Of a stretch of DNA of 64,000 bases, positions 37,759 to 48,601 are shown piece by piece. A model generated the notes under the pieces. It was not told the origin of the DNA and made no database searches. It saw only the letters and a program-made list of their open reading frames with translations. The translations under genes were made by a program, and so were the position numbers. How positions within the stretch are numbered: position 1 is the first letter of the stretch; each line of letters begins with the position of its first letter. The DNA is from a virus: positions 1 through 64,000 of the IMG/VR virus record IMGVR_UViG_3300024264_000015; one strand, written 5' to 3'.

Positions 37759-39541
37759 TTGCTTCTCGTACGGAGAAGGTAATGAGTTGAATTTATCAGA
37801 TGCAACTCTTACACAGTTAGTCGGAACAAACGGCGTGGGTAAATCCTCTATACCCCTTATATTAGAGGAAGTCTTATTTAACAAAAATAGTAAAAATGTT
37901 AAGAAGGCAGATATAGCGAACAGATATGTTAACAAAGGATATGATATTAGCCTTGAGTTTAGTGTCGACAGTGATTTATATAATATTGCTGTTAGTAGGC
38001 GTACAAATCTCAAATGCAAATTAACTAAAAATGGAGAGGATATATCTTCTCACACTGCGTCTAATACCTATAAAACACTAGGAGATATTTTAGGTATAGA
38101 CTTTAAAACGTTTAGTCAATTAGTGTATCAGAATACTAATGCATCATTACAATTTTTAACAGCAACAGATACAAACCGTAAAAAGTTCTTAATCGACCTA
38201 TTAAAACTAGACGATTATGTTTCATACTTTGAAGTTTTTAAAGAAGCTGTACGTAACGTATCTAGTATGGTAACAACAGAGGAAGCCAAAATTGCAACTA
38301 TTCAAAAATGGTTGACAGACAATATTCTCGAAGATAGTTCCATACTCGAAAAGAAAATTTTACCAAAAATTAATGAAAAAGATGAAGAATCTTTACGTTC
38401 TTTACAAGTAGAGTTTGCAAATATCTCGGAAAAGAATAAAAATATAAATTTAAATGAAAATCTGAAACAACAGTTAAACTCAATAGATTTGCACGAAGCC
38501 AAAAGACTTATGGCTTTACATCCTGAGTTGAAAGATACCAAAGTTATATTGGAGGGTTTAGGAACGTGGCGTGCTGAAGAAATGCATGAACAACAAATGT
38601 TGAAGAAATATCAAGACCTAGCGGGTATGGAAAACATGGAGTGTCCAACTTGTGAAGGTGCGATTGATATTGACTTTGTAAATAGAATGATTGCTGAACA
38701 TTCAGAAAGAGTTGAACAAACACAACAATTCGCAGCAAAAGATAGACAAAATTTAGAAGAGGCAGAGGCAGATAATGAGATACATAGGAAAGCAAAGAAA
38801 GACATCGAGACTTGGGAAACTCTCTACAGGGACATTGACAGGGAACTCCCAACTAAAGTCCTCAATGCAGAACAACTCCAAGAGCAGATTTCGGAACTTC
38901 GTACAAAGATTACCACTGCTAGGGAAACTTTTCAAGAGGTAATAGATGAGAATGAAAAAATTGAAAGACATAACACAAGAATTGGAATTATTCTTGAACA
39001 AACGGAACAGTTTGAGAGCGACCTTAGTAACAGCGAGTCTAAACTTAAGAGTGCAGAAACAAAACTGGCGGTACTTGAAACACTTAAAAAAGCGTTCTCA
39101 ACCAATGGACTCCTCGCGTACAAGATAGAAAGTTTAGTAAAAGAGTTAGAGATTCTCACAAACGAATATCTAGCAGAGTTTAGTGATGGTAGATTTGCCA
39201 TCAATTTTGTAGTGGAGAATGATAAATTAAATGTGGAAGTCTCAGACAATGGCAATATTATTGACATCCTTGCTCTTTCTAGCGGCGAGTTAGCCAGAGT
39301 AAATATTGCAACACTAGTATCAATTAGGAAGTTAATGACTTCAATTAGTAGAAGTCAAATTAATGTTCTTTTCCTTGACGAAGTAAACCAGGCGTTAGAC
39401 GAAGTCGGAAAAGAAAAAGTAGTAGAAGTGTTATTAAAAGAAGAAACCTTAAATACTTATATGGTATCACATGGTTGGACACACCCTCTACTAGAGAAAA
39501 TAGAAATAACAAAAGAGGATAACATTAGTTATCTTGAATAG
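37727..39541 (+). CDS. D13: SbcC/Rad50-like ATPase (T5 D13)
   Basis: GTNGVGKS, CPTC hook, LSSGE, FLDE. Confidence 0.92.
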   Translation: MIILQKLKWDNCFSYGEGNELNLSDATLTQLVGTNGVGKSSIPLILEEVLFNKNSKNVKKADIANRYVNKGYDISLEFSVDSDLYNIAVSRRTNLKCKLTKNGEDISSHTASNTYKTLGDILGIDFKTFSQLVYQNTNASLQFLTATDTNRKKFLIDLLKLDDYVSYFEVFKEAVRNVSSMVTTEEAKIATIQKWLTDNILEDSSILEKKILPKINEKDEESLRSLQVEFANISEKNKNINLNENLKQQLNSIDLHEAKRLMALHPELKDTKVILEGLGTWRAEEMHEQQMLKKYQDLAGMENMECPTCEGAIDIDFVNRMIAEHSERVEQTQQFAAKDRQNLEEAEADNEIHRKAKKDIETWETLYRDIDRELPTKVLNAEQLQEQISELRTKITTARETFQEVIDENEKIERHNTRIGIILEQTEQFESDLSNSESKLKSAETKLAVLETLKKAFSTNGLLAYKIESLVKELEILTNEYLAEFSDGRFAINFVVENDKLNVEVSDNGNIIDILALSSGELARVNIATLVSIRKLMTSISRSQINVLFLDEVNQALDEVGKEKVVEVLLKEETLNTYMVSHGWTHPLLEKIEITKEDNISYLE

Positions 39542-39558
39542 CAACACAAAAGTATATC

Positions 39559-39587
39559 TTGACATGAAACTTATTTTCTGTTATAAT
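39559..39587 (+). promoter_or_regulatory. sigma70 promoter
   Basis: TTGACA-17-TATAAT. Confidence 0.88.
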
Positions 39588-39607
39588 ATATATCTTATGG
39601 AGAAAAA

Positions 39608-39835
39608 ATGAAAGTAGAAATTTATAGTATACCAAATTGTACTTATTGCAAGAAGGCTAAGTTTTTAGCTGACCATGTAGATGAAGTAACAGAGGTGTCA
39701 TATAAAATGATTGGCAAAGATTTTTCTGCGTCTGATGTTAGAGAACTATTTCCTGGTGCTAGGACATTCCCACAAATACTTGTAGACGATAAGCACATTG
39801 GCGGCTACATAGAACTGGAGAAGTTAATTGGTTAA
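39608..39835 (+). CDS. glutaredoxin
   Basis: CTYC, TFPQI, IGGY. Confidence 0.9.
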   Translation: MKVEIYSIPNCTYCKKAKFLADHVDEVTEVSYKMIGKDFSASDVRELFPGARTFPQILVDDKHIGGYIELEKLIG

Positions 39836-40316
39836 TGGTAGACAGAAAGGTAATAACGCAGAAATAAAAGTAGCAGAAATGTTACACAGATATACAGGAG
39901 AAGCTTTTGTACAAACCCCAGGCTCAGGTAGTGGTAAGATAAAAGGCGACTTAATGGTAGCACACAAAGAAAACTTGTTTGCTATAGAAGTAAAGTTCTA
40001 TAGAGATATGTCTTTTAACCACAAAATGTTTACACAAAAAAGTAATAAATTTGTAAACTGGTGGAGTAAGATAGTGAAACAAGCTGAGCAAATGAAACAA
40101 GAACCTATATTGTTCTTCAAAGAAAACCACTCACAATGGTATGTGGCAACGACAAGAAAGCCACTTTACAAAAAACATATGTACTTTAATTGGCTAGGTT
40201 GCTATGTAACTTTAGCTGATAAATTTTTAGAAACACAAAACATGGAATTTACAAATGGCGATACAATTTATGAACCATGGAAAGCCGACCCCGAATGGGA
40301 ACTTATTGATTGTTGA
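39828..40316 (+). CDS. D14: T5 D14-like resolvase/nuclease
   Basis: GRQKG..E..PGSG..GDL..IEVK. Confidence 0.8.
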   Translation: MVNGRQKGNNAEIKVAEMLHRYTGEAFVQTPGSGSGKIKGDLMVAHKENLFAIEVKFYRDMSFNHKMFTQKSNKFVNWWSKIVKQAEQMKQEPILFFKENHSQWYVATTRKPLYKKHMYFNWLGCYVTLADKFLETQNMEFTNGDTIYEPWKADPEWELIDC

Positions 40317-41106
40317 TGGACTCAATCTGGCTTTTCGATGGAAACACCAAGGTAATACTGACTTCGAGCATGATTATGTAAGAACTGTTCAGTCTTTGGC
40401 AAAGTCCTATAACTGTGGAGAGATAGTCGTTTTAGGCGACGGCGGTAGTAACTATCGTAAGGAAATCTATCCAGAGTATAAAGCAAATCGTAAAGAACGA
40501 TATGCAGAACAAACAGAAAAAGAAGCAAAAGAATTTGAAATGTTCTTAGCAGAATTTTCAACTACTTTAAGTGCGTTAAAGCGTAAGGGATATCTTACGC
40601 TTAAATATCCTGGAGTAGAAGCTGATGATATTGCAGCTCTTATTTGTCAAAACAGAGAAGAGTTAGGTCTCGATGAGATTTGGATGATATCTTCAGATAG
40701 AGACTGGGATTTACTAGTCGATGGTAATATAAGTAGATTTTCTACAGTTACCAGAAAAGAAACAACACTCCTAAATTGGGACGAGCATTATGACTTTGAC
40801 CCTGAGTACTTTTTAACATATAAGTGCTTAACTGGAGATAAAGGAGATAACGTTCCTGGTGTTGATGGAATCGGGCCTAAAAGAGCCACACAGATTATAC
40901 AACAGTATGGAGATATCTTTGATATTATGGCGAGTTTGCCAATGGAAGGAAAGTACAAATTCATTCAGAACTTAAATGAGTTCGGAGAAGAAGGACTAGA
41001 GATTGGTATTAAACTCATGGATTTAACTTATGACGTAGACGGTGCTGTCTTAGGTCATGCAGAAGAAATTATAGGATTAGTAGAAGATTATGTCAGTAAA
41101 AATTGA
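40255..41106 (+). CDS. D15: flap endonuclease / 5'-3' exonuclease (T5 D15)
   Basis: VDGLNLAFR, YKANR, EADD, SSDRDW, GDKGDNVPGVDGIG. Confidence 0.93.
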   Translation: MAIQFMNHGKPTPNGNLLIVDGLNLAFRWKHQGNTDFEHDYVRTVQSLAKSYNCGEIVVLGDGGSNYRKEIYPEYKANRKERYAEQTEKEAKEFEMFLAEFSTTLSALKRKGYLTLKYPGVEADDIAALICQNREELGLDEIWMISSDRDWDLLVDGNISRFSTVTRKETTLLNWDEHYDFDPEYFLTYKCLTGDKGDNVPGVDGIGPKRATQIIQQYGDIFDIMASLPMEGKYKFIQNLNEFGEEGLEIGIKLMDLTYDVDGAVLGHAEEIIGLVEDYVSKN

Positions 41107-42862
41107 TTTTAGTAAAGACAAACTTTTAGATGATTTTGCATTAGCAACTCTAAAAGATAGATATATGGTAGGTGATGAAACTTCACCACAAGAAGCTTTT
41201 GCTCGTGCTGCAATGGCTTTTGCAGATGATGACGACCATGCACAAAGGTTATATGATTATGTAAGTAAACTATGGTTTATGTTTGCTACGCCTGTATTAT
41301 CAAATGGAGGTACTCGCAGAGGACTTCCCATTAGTTGTTTTTTGAACTATGTAGACGATAGTAGAGAAGGAATAACAGACCATTTTACAGAAAATGCGTT
41401 CTTAAGTTCTTTCGGTGGTGGTATCGGAGGACATTGGTCTGATGTTAGGTCTATGGGAAGTAAAACTTCTAAAGGGTCTGAATCGACTGGTGTGATACCA
41501 TTCATGAAAGTGGTAGATGCAGAAATGCTTGCTTTCTCACAAGGGGTTACAAGAAGAGGAAGTTATGCAGCGTATCTACATATTAGTCACCCAGAAATAG
41601 AGGAGTTCTTAGATGGAAGAAAACCCACTGGTGGAGATGTTAATAGGAAGTTCACTAATCTGCATCATGGTATTGTTATACCTGATGCTTTTATGGAACT
41701 AATTCATAGAGCAAGTAAAGAAGAAGGCTTTGATGACTCTTGGGAATTAATTGACCCACATTCAAAAGAAGTAAAAAAAGTAGTATCTGCTAGAGCCTTA
41801 TGGGTAAAGATATTACAAAATAGAATAGAAACAGGAGAGCCCTATGTAATGTATGAAGATGCAGTGCAAAATGGATTACCTGAGTTTCAAAAAAGAAAGG
41901 GGTTACAAGTACATCACTCTAATTTATGTAGCGAAATTACTCTTGCTACTAATGAGGAAAGAACAGCAGTATGTTGTCTTTCTAGTGTAAATTTAGAGTA
42001 TTATGATGAATGGAAAAATCACCCTTCTTTTATCCCTGACTTAGTTAGGATGTTAGATAATGTATTAACATACTTTATTGAAAATGCACCTAGCCAATTA
42101 GATAAAGCTAAGTTTAGTGCTTACAGGGAGAGAAGCATTGGACTTGGCGCTATGGGGTTTCATGCATACCTGCAAAAGAATGGTATTCCATTTGAGAGTG
42201 CTATGGCAGGCGGTACTAATTTAGAGATGTTTGCGTTTATAAAAAGACACGCAGACAACGAAACCAGAAAACTAGCAGCAGAAAGAGGCGCTTGTCCAGA
42301 TGATGATTCTTGCACAGTAAGAAATGCTCATCTATTAGCGATTGCTCCTAATGCTAGTTCTAGTATTATTTGTGGAAACACAAGTCCAAGTATTGAGCCA
42401 TTTAGAGCCAATGCTTATACACAGAAAACAAAAACAGGAAGTAACCTAGTAAAGAACAAGTACTTAGATGCAATCATCAAAGAAAAAGTTACTCCTGAAC
42501 TGTATGATGAAACATGGTCTAGTATAGTTGCGAACAAAGGAAGTGTTCAGCACTTAGATATACTAGACGAGTGGGAGAAAGATGTATTCAAAACAGCAGT
42601 TGAAATCAACCAGGCATGGGTAGTGGAACACGCTTCAGTCAGACAAGAATTTATTTGTCAGTCTCAAAGTGTGAATCTATTCTTTCCACCTGATGTAAAT
42701 AAAGGGGATTTGCACAATGTACATATGTTAGCATGGGCAAAGAACTTAAAAACATTATATTACCTAAGAAGTGAAGCTATCGGACGTGCCGATAATGTAT
42801 CTTCTCAGGCTAAAAGAGAGATAATCTTTGAACAATCAGATTGTCTAAGTTGCGAGGGATAA
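41090..42862 (+). CDS. nrdA: class I ribonucleotide reductase alpha (no ATP cone)
   Basis: ATPVLSN, ISCF, NLCSEI, IAPNASSS, KTLYY, CLSC. Confidence 0.95.
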   Translation: MSVKIDFSKDKLLDDFALATLKDRYMVGDETSPQEAFARAAMAFADDDDHAQRLYDYVSKLWFMFATPVLSNGGTRRGLPISCFLNYVDDSREGITDHFTENAFLSSFGGGIGGHWSDVRSMGSKTSKGSESTGVIPFMKVVDAEMLAFSQGVTRRGSYAAYLHISHPEIEEFLDGRKPTGGDVNRKFTNLHHGIVIPDAFMELIHRASKEEGFDDSWELIDPHSKEVKKVVSARALWVKILQNRIETGEPYVMYEDAVQNGLPEFQKRKGLQVHHSNLCSEITLATNEERTAVCCLSSVNLEYYDEWKNHPSFIPDLVRMLDNVLTYFIENAPSQLDKAKFSAYRERSIGLGAMGFHAYLQKNGIPFESAMAGGTNLEMFAFIKRHADNETRKLAAERGACPDDDSCTVRNAHLLAIAPNASSSIICGNTSPSIEPFRANAYTQKTKTGSNLVKNKYLDAIIKEKVTPELYDETWSSIVANKGSVQHLDILDEWEKDVFKTAVEINQAWVVEHASVRQEFICQSQSVNLFFPPDVNKGDLHNVHMLAWAKNLKTLYYLRSEAIGRADNVSSQAKREIIFEQSDCLSCEG

Positions 42863-43825
42863 ATGAGCAAACTATTAGAAGAAAGAGATTATTATAAACC
42901 TTTTGATTATCCTTGGGCATTTGAGTTTTACAAAAAACAACAACAAATGCATTGGCTACCTGAAGAAGTGCCACTCCAAGATGACATCAAAGATTATAAT
43001 GTAAAACTATCAGAAGGCGAGAGGAAACTTATAGATAACATATTTAAGTTTTTTACACAAGCCGATGTAGATGTATGTTGTGGATATGCAAAGCATTATC
43101 TTCCAACATTTAAAGTACCAGAAATAAGAATGATGCTAGTAAGTTATGCTGCTATGGAAGCAGTACACCAAGAAGCGTATTCTTTATTGCTGGAGACATT
43201 AGGAAAATCAGATGACCAATACACAGAGTTTTTTGAAATACAAGCTATGGCAGAAAAGCATGAGTATTTAACTGATTTTAATATGTCAAACCCACACGAG
43301 ATTGCAAAGACAATGGCAGTCTATAGTGGTTTTACAGAAGGAGTACAACTATTTAGTAGTTTTGCTATCCTTTTAAACTATCCAAGACATAATCTTATGA
43401 AAGGTATGGGGCAGATAGTAACATGGTCTATAAGAGACGAGTCACTTCACGTTGAAGGATTATCAAAACTCTTTAGGGCTTTCATTGCAGAAAATCCAGA
43501 AATATGGACAGATAAACTAAAATATGAGATATATTGTGCAGCAGAGCGCGTTGTTGAATTAGAAGATAAGTTTATTGATGTTTGTTTTGATAAAGCAGAT
43601 ATCAAAGATTTAACAGCAAAAGAAGTGAAAGAATACATAAGATACATCGCCGATAGACGATTATTAGGTCTTGGTATGAAAGCAATATTCCATAGTACAG
43701 TTAATCCACTTCCTTGGATTGATATGCAAGTAAATGCAGTTGAGCATACCAACTTTTTTGAAAACCGTGCTACTGAGTATGCTAAGGCTAGTACACAAGG
43801 CAATTGGCAGGATATATTTAAATAA
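42863..43825 (+). CDS. nrdB: class I ribonucleotide reductase beta
   Basis: W.PEE, EAVHQEAY, EGVQLFSSF, DESLH, NFFE. Confidence 0.95.
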   Translation: MSKLLEERDYYKPFDYPWAFEFYKKQQQMHWLPEEVPLQDDIKDYNVKLSEGERKLIDNIFKFFTQADVDVCCGYAKHYLPTFKVPEIRMMLVSYAAMEAVHQEAYSLLLETLGKSDDQYTEFFEIQAMAEKHEYLTDFNMSNPHEIAKTMAVYSGFTEGVQLFSSFAILLNYPRHNLMKGMGQIVTWSIRDESLHVEGLSKLFRAFIAENPEIWTDKLKYEIYCAAERVVELEDKFIDVCFDKADIKDLTAKEVKEYIRYIADRRLLGLGMKAIFHSTVNPLPWIDMQVNAVEHTNFFENRATEYAKASTQGNWQDIFK

Positions 43826-44037
43826 TGAATAATTTACCAGAGTCCATAGAAATCGATGGTGTAACGTATTATACTGATGATATGGCAGAAAACCAAAGGC
43901 TTATTCTACTAGCTATAAGTCAATGTGATATAGAGTTAGATAGAGCAAAGCACATGATGGCTATTTGCCAAACAGCGAGACAAGCATATATAAATGATTT
44001 AGGTACACAACTTAAAGAAGATGCAAAAGAATCTTAG
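43825..44037 (+). CDS. hypothetical protein
   Basis: Coupled ORF. Confidence 0.7.
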   Translation: MNNLPESIEIDGVTYYTDDMAENQRLILLAISQCDIELDRAKHMMAICQTARQAYINDLGTQLKEDAKES

Positions 44038-45340
44038 ATTTTATATATTAGTAACTCATACTTTACACAAGGTTCAAAGACACTTTTCTTACTCAGGAAT
44101 ACAACCTAAGGAAGCTATGGTAGTTATAAATACTACTAATGATGTTTTCTATAAACAATGTAGCAACTGGTGTGAATCGCAAGGCATACCATGGATTCGT
44201 ACAGAATCTGATGGTACACCTGCGACTGGAAAGAATAGTGTCTTGGATTTGTTTTTAAAAAGTAAAGATGATTATATGGTAGCTGTAGATGGTGATGATT
44301 ATATCACTAAATATGGCTATGCTTATTATAAAAATGTTGTAAACCAAGATAACACCCCCGATAGTTTATGTCTATATAAACAACAATCCCAACTAATCAC
44401 CATTTTTGGTCAAAGAATATGGATTAATCTTATGGGACTCCCCACAGATTTAGATACTGAAATGCATATACGTAGAAGTCATTTAATGGGAGAAGTGTAC
44501 GCACACCATTTAAAAGATTATTATGAAGAAAAGTATGGAGACCTAGAACTATATGTAGAAGATTGTTTGAAACATACAAAAGAAAATTTATATTATGTCT
44601 ATAAGTATTATGAAAGATATAAAATATATGATAACGATTTTGCAGAATCTCATTGTAGACCTGTATTGTTTTCCAAAGCAGCAGCAAAAGAATGTCATTT
44701 TCCTAGTAATGTACCTGTAGGAGAAGATACTTTAGTATATTTACAACTTAAAAATGCACATTTTCAAGGAAGAATACATACTGAACTAGTAGATGAACTA
44801 AAAGAAAATATGACTTATCTTTATGACTGTATAAAAGCGGACGGAGACGATTTAGGAGCTATGCTAGGAATTACTCTTAATCAGACAGACTATACTTGGG
44901 TACGTTTAATAAATATAAAATTAAAAGAAATGGAACAAAAAGGAGAGTTACATGCTATTCCGCTACCTGTAAATAATTGTTTACCAAGTAAGTGGAAAAA
45001 AGATAACATAATACCTGCAAGACCCCAGTTTCCTCTTGATTTTAATTTAAAGAAATGGGATGAAAGATGGGAAGACAAACCCCAATACGATAAACCAAGT
45101 GATAAAGCTATGGAATTAATAGATAATATAAGAATGTGTGAGTATTATGCGTCTACGGAATCTGGAGTAGTATTGCAAATAATAGAACAACAAAAAGAAA
45201 ACAAAAAACAATTATTAGAAGTTTTAGGCCTAAGTCCTAATGCTATGGTCAAGTTTCCTAAAGGCTACTTTAAAAACTCTAGACCTTACTTTCACCACGC
45301 TACTCCTCAAGAAGTAGCACAACTTTATCCAAAATCATGA
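44021..45340 (+). CDS. GT-A-like protein
   Basis: ESDGTPATGKNSV, VDGDD (DxD), VGEDT. Confidence 0.5.
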   Translation: MQKNLRFYILVTHTLHKVQRHFSYSGIQPKEAMVVINTTNDVFYKQCSNWCESQGIPWIRTESDGTPATGKNSVLDLFLKSKDDYMVAVDGDDYITKYGYAYYKNVVNQDNTPDSLCLYKQQSQLITIFGQRIWINLMGLPTDLDTEMHIRRSHLMGEVYAHHLKDYYEEKYGDLELYVEDCLKHTKENLYYVYKYYERYKIYDNDFAESHCRPVLFSKAAAKECHFPSNVPVGEDTLVYLQLKNAHFQGRIHTELVDELKENMTYLYDCIKADGDDLGAMLGITLNQTDYTWVRLINIKLKEMEQKGELHAIPLPVNNCLPSKWKKDNIIPARPQFPLDFNLKKWDERWEDKPQYDKPSDKAMELIDNIRMCEYYASTESGVVLQIIEQQKENKKQLLEVLGLSPNAMVKFPKGYFKNSRPYFHHATPQEVAQLYPKS

Positions 45341-45966
45341 AAATCTTTATAGGTTATGAATCTGCATACCCACAAATGTTTGACGTCTGTGCAAAAAGCA
45401 TAAATCGTTACAATTCCAATCATGAAATCATACCACTCAAAAAATCGGAAATATCCGAATATACTCGTCCTTTTCAGAACGAGAGTACAGAGTTTGCCTT
45501 TACTCGTTTTCTAGTACCACAGCTCTGTGACTACGAAGGGGAAGCTTTATTCTGTGATGGAGATTTCTTATGGCTCTGTGACCCTGAAGAAGTTATGGAT
45601 TATTTTTCCGATGAACATACAGTTCATGTGGTAAAACATCCTAGTTTCCTCGTCAAACCTAAGAAAATGAAAAACAAGAAAAACCATGCTTATCCTAGAA
45701 AATACTGGTCAAGTCTTATGCTTTTCAATAATCCTAAGTGTAAAGAACTTACTTATGATTATGTAAACCAAGCCCCAGCGGGTGCATTGCATGAGTTACA
45801 TTGGGCAGATAGTATAGGGGAACTTCCTGCGCAGTATAATGCCATGGTAAATTATTACAAATTCAAGAGACCAAAAGCACTCCACTATACAGACGGCGGG
45901 CCTTGGTTAAATATAAACGAGTGTTCGGAGTACACAGCAAAATGGATGACACTTTACAAAAGTTAA
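45337..45966 (+). CDS. GT8-like glycosyltransferase (paralogue of 9987-10742)
   Basis: IFIGY, STEFAFTRFLVP, FCDGD, WSSLML, HYTDGGPW. Confidence 0.82.
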   Translation: MKIFIGYESAYPQMFDVCAKSINRYNSNHEIIPLKKSEISEYTRPFQNESTEFAFTRFLVPQLCDYEGEALFCDGDFLWLCDPEEVMDYFSDEHTVHVVKHPSFLVKPKKMKNKKNHAYPRKYWSSLMLFNNPKCKELTYDYVNQAPAGALHELHWADSIGELPAQYNAMVNYYKFKRPKALHYTDGGPWLNINECSEYTAKWMTLYKS

Positions 45967-46592
45967 CAGAAGATAAAAATATTATACTTGTGGGAAATTC
46001 AGTGGAAATGTTGGAGCATGAGTATGGGGAGTACATAGAAAAGTTTGATACAATTGTACGATTTGGAAATGGTATACCTGATAAACACCCTAAGAATATG
46101 GGCACTCGCACAGATATATGGATTACAGGGTGGCTTCGTATGATTAAACATAAACATTTTCCAACCGCGTATAAATTATTCAATCGTTGCAGAATACACT
46201 TGGATATAAAACCTAAAGAAATGAAACCTGAGTTTGAATATGAGACTATGTTCGATGATGACGAATTAAAAAATATTTATAAAATGGTAGGGGCAAAGAA
46301 TAATGTGAAGATGGGAAATAGACCGAGTGCAGGTTTCTTAGGTATATTATTTTTTCTTACTAAAACCAATCCTAAGTCAATTACTCTAATTGGCTTTGAC
46401 TTTTTCTCTAAAAAATTACCTTTTAAAAGTGGCAATGATTACCCTGCAAGTTGGCATCTACCACACAATTCACAAGAGGCTAGTCCGCATAATATTATGG
46501 AAAAACCACTTGTGCAAAAATGGGCAAAGGAAGGTAAGTTGAAATGGAAAATCTTATCTGACTTGAACGAAGAGTTCTTAGATTTTTCCTAG
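45942..46592 (+). CDS. GT29 (sialyltransferase)-like protein
   Basis: IILVGNS..YGEYIEKFDTIVRF..GTRTD (motif L-like); RPSAG..GFDF..H..E (S/VS-like). Confidence 0.65.
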   Translation: MDDTLQKLTEDKNIILVGNSVEMLEHEYGEYIEKFDTIVRFGNGIPDKHPKNMGTRTDIWITGWLRMIKHKHFPTAYKLFNRCRIHLDIKPKEMKPEFEYETMFDDDELKNIYKMVGAKNNVKMGNRPSAGFLGILFFLTKTNPKSITLIGFDFFSKKLPFKSGNDYPASWHLPHNSQEASPHNIMEKPLVQKWAKEGKLKWKILSDLNEEFLDFS

Positions 46593-47558
46593 TTTATATC
46601 CGACTTCAATTAATTTTCTTGATACTTGTTTCTGTTTATTTGATTTAAATAATAGAAGTTCGTTGAGTCTAGCATTTCTTAAATTTACAGGTATGTTCGG
46701 TATCTGTGCAGTCCACAAATCCCAAGGTATTCCTAATTGTACTCCTGCAGGTAGATACTCATATTTTTTAAGTAACCACTCTGGTTTTACATGGACACTA
46801 AATGCTTTTCTCATAATTACATTGTGATTAATAAAGTCTTTTGTATTTAGTGCTTCGTAAGTAAGAAGTTTATCATTTTTACCGTTTACATAAACTGGCA
46901 TTGCTTTTCCTCTGTAATGAAACTTCTCAAAGAAAGACTGATTCCAACTACCCATAACTCTTCTATCTATATGATGTGGATAGAGTACAGGATTGATTCT
47001 ATTAGTCTGACCTCTTGCAAATAGTAATTTTTCATCGAAAGTAACCATTTTATCCCAATTTATAATAAAGAACTGGGGGTCAACCATACCTTTACTTACA
47101 GTTTCTTTTCTACCTACATGCTCTTCTTCAAACATTTGACTTTTCCAACCTAAAATATCATAGTACTTTTTATAAGTAGGATGGTCTTTATAGACATGAT
47201 TATGGCTATATAAAACAAATTTATCATCAAAGTATTTATTATCAGGTAATTCGTTTTTCCAATTATTTCTTAAGAATATTCTTGCACCACCTGCGTACAT
47301 AACTCTTTTGTTTAGTCCGCCTTTATCTTTCCAATACTCTTTTAAGTATCTTATAGCTCTAGCTTGTTCTTCACCTTTCCAGAAACTTTGATATACTTTT
47401 ACGTTTTCTATATTACTTATTACCCACTCTACTACACTTTTATCCCAGTCATCTTCGTGAATAAATAAATGCAAGCGAAAGTCCTCGTCTTTCTCAATCA
47501 GAGAAGCAAGTGTAAATAAACTAAAATCTTTTATGTATGTATGTACTATCTCAATCAT
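46578..47558 (-). CDS. putative glycosyltransferase-like protein
   Basis: GT8-like N-terminus (FTLASL..LHLF) and FFIINWD; no clear DxD. Confidence 0.35.
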   Translation of the reverse strand: MIEIVHTYIKDFSLFTLASLIEKDEDFRLHLFIHEDDWDKSVVEWVISNIENVKVYQSFWKGEEQARAIRYLKEYWKDKGGLNKRVMYAGGARIFLRNNWKNELPDNKYFDDKFVLYSHNHVYKDHPTYKKYYDILGWKSQMFEEEHVGRKETVSKGMVDPQFFIINWDKMVTFDEKLLFARGQTNRINPVLYPHHIDRRVMGSWNQSFFEKFHYRGKAMPVYVNGKNDKLLTYEALNTKDFINHNVIMRKAFSVHVKPEWLLKKYEYLPAGVQLGIPWDLWTAQIPNIPVNLRNARLNELLLFKSNKQKQVSRKLIEVGYKLGKI

Positions 47559-48462
47559 CTTGTTTTTTATATTCCCAAAAATTATTTATAAACCTTTCAA
47601 GTCTTTCTTCAGCATCGTCATCAAAATCAAATATGATTCCTGAATTTTTTGCTGATAGAATCTTACGTATAGTATGCGAGGCTTTTGTCCCAGATACTGC
47701 ATGGTAAATGCTTTCGTATGTTAATAAATTCTTTTCTCTTTCTTTTTTAGTATGACTTATCATACCAAGTTTTTTGTTTAATAATAATGCTACTATGCCC
47801 ATTTCACTGTTTGGCATTGTAGCAACTTCTTTACAGTTGTATAAAATTTCATGCCCACTTTGTTTTTTATTTAATACTTTATCTGCTCCAAAATCTTTTT
47901 TAAATTTAGCCATATAAAGTGCATTAGTGATAGGATGTGGTTTTATTACATAACCTTGTTTTATGTATTCTCTCATTCTACCCCAATGTATAACTCTATC
48001 TTTACATATTAAATTACTACCTGGTGGAAAAATTACTTTATCATAATGTTCTTGTGTTTGTGCTAAAATGTATTTATCTTCTATACAATTTAGTATTTTT
48101 TCTATTCTTTCTTCGTCAATTTCTATATCTGAATTAGCAATAGATAGCATTAACTTATCGTTAATTTTTATGGAATTTGTTTTTACATAAATTCCTCTAC
48201 CTAAAAAATCTGTGTATAACCACTTTCGTATTGTAAACAATTCATTTGTGTTAAACCAAACGTCATATTCAAATCTAACACCTTCTCTCCACTCTGGTAT
48301 TACTCTTTGTTTGAACTTTAGTAATGCGTCTCTTTGATGGTCGGGTCTATAGCAAGAGCCTGATTTCATAAAGTGAGTAACCTTATCTCCAAGACTCTCA
48401 TTACTTGCCATCGGAACTAATTTATCTTTTTTGACTGGACTTTTATTTATTTTTAGTTCCAT
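47551..48462 (-). CDS. GT-B capsule-biosynthesis-like (KpsC/KpsS-like) protein
   Basis: VIKPHP and NSEMGIVALLLNK motifs. Confidence 0.5.
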   Translation of the reverse strand: MELKINKSPVKKDKLVPMASNESLGDKVTHFMKSGSCYRPDHQRDALLKFKQRVIPEWREGVRFEYDVWFNTNELFTIRKWLYTDFLGRGIYVKTNSIKINDKLMLSIANSDIEIDEERIEKILNCIEDKYILAQTQEHYDKVIFPPGSNLICKDRVIHWGRMREYIKQGYVIKPHPITNALYMAKFKKDFGADKVLNKKQSGHEILYNCKEVATMPNSEMGIVALLLNKKLGMISHTKKEREKNLLTYESIYHAVSGTKASHTIRKILSAKNSGIIFDFDDDAEERLERFINNFWEYKKQDD

Positions 48463-48601
48463 TCTTTAACTCAAATAATTGTGTTTCTATATTTTTTAAT
48501 CTATCTTCTTGTTCTACGATTGTGTCCATTAGTGCTACAACGATGCTTTCTAGTTTATCGTTGACATACTTGGGGGTTATATCTTTGTCCTTTAGTTTCA
48601 T
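48443..48601 (-). CDS. 52-aa coiled-coil peptide (not in ORF track)
   Basis: MKLKDKDITPKYVNDKLESIVVALMDTIVEQEDRLKNIETQLFELKNGTKNK; abuts the upstream stop. Confidence 0.7.
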   Translation of the reverse strand: MKLKDKDITPKYVNDKLESIVVALMDTIVEQEDRLKNIETQLFELKNGTKNK

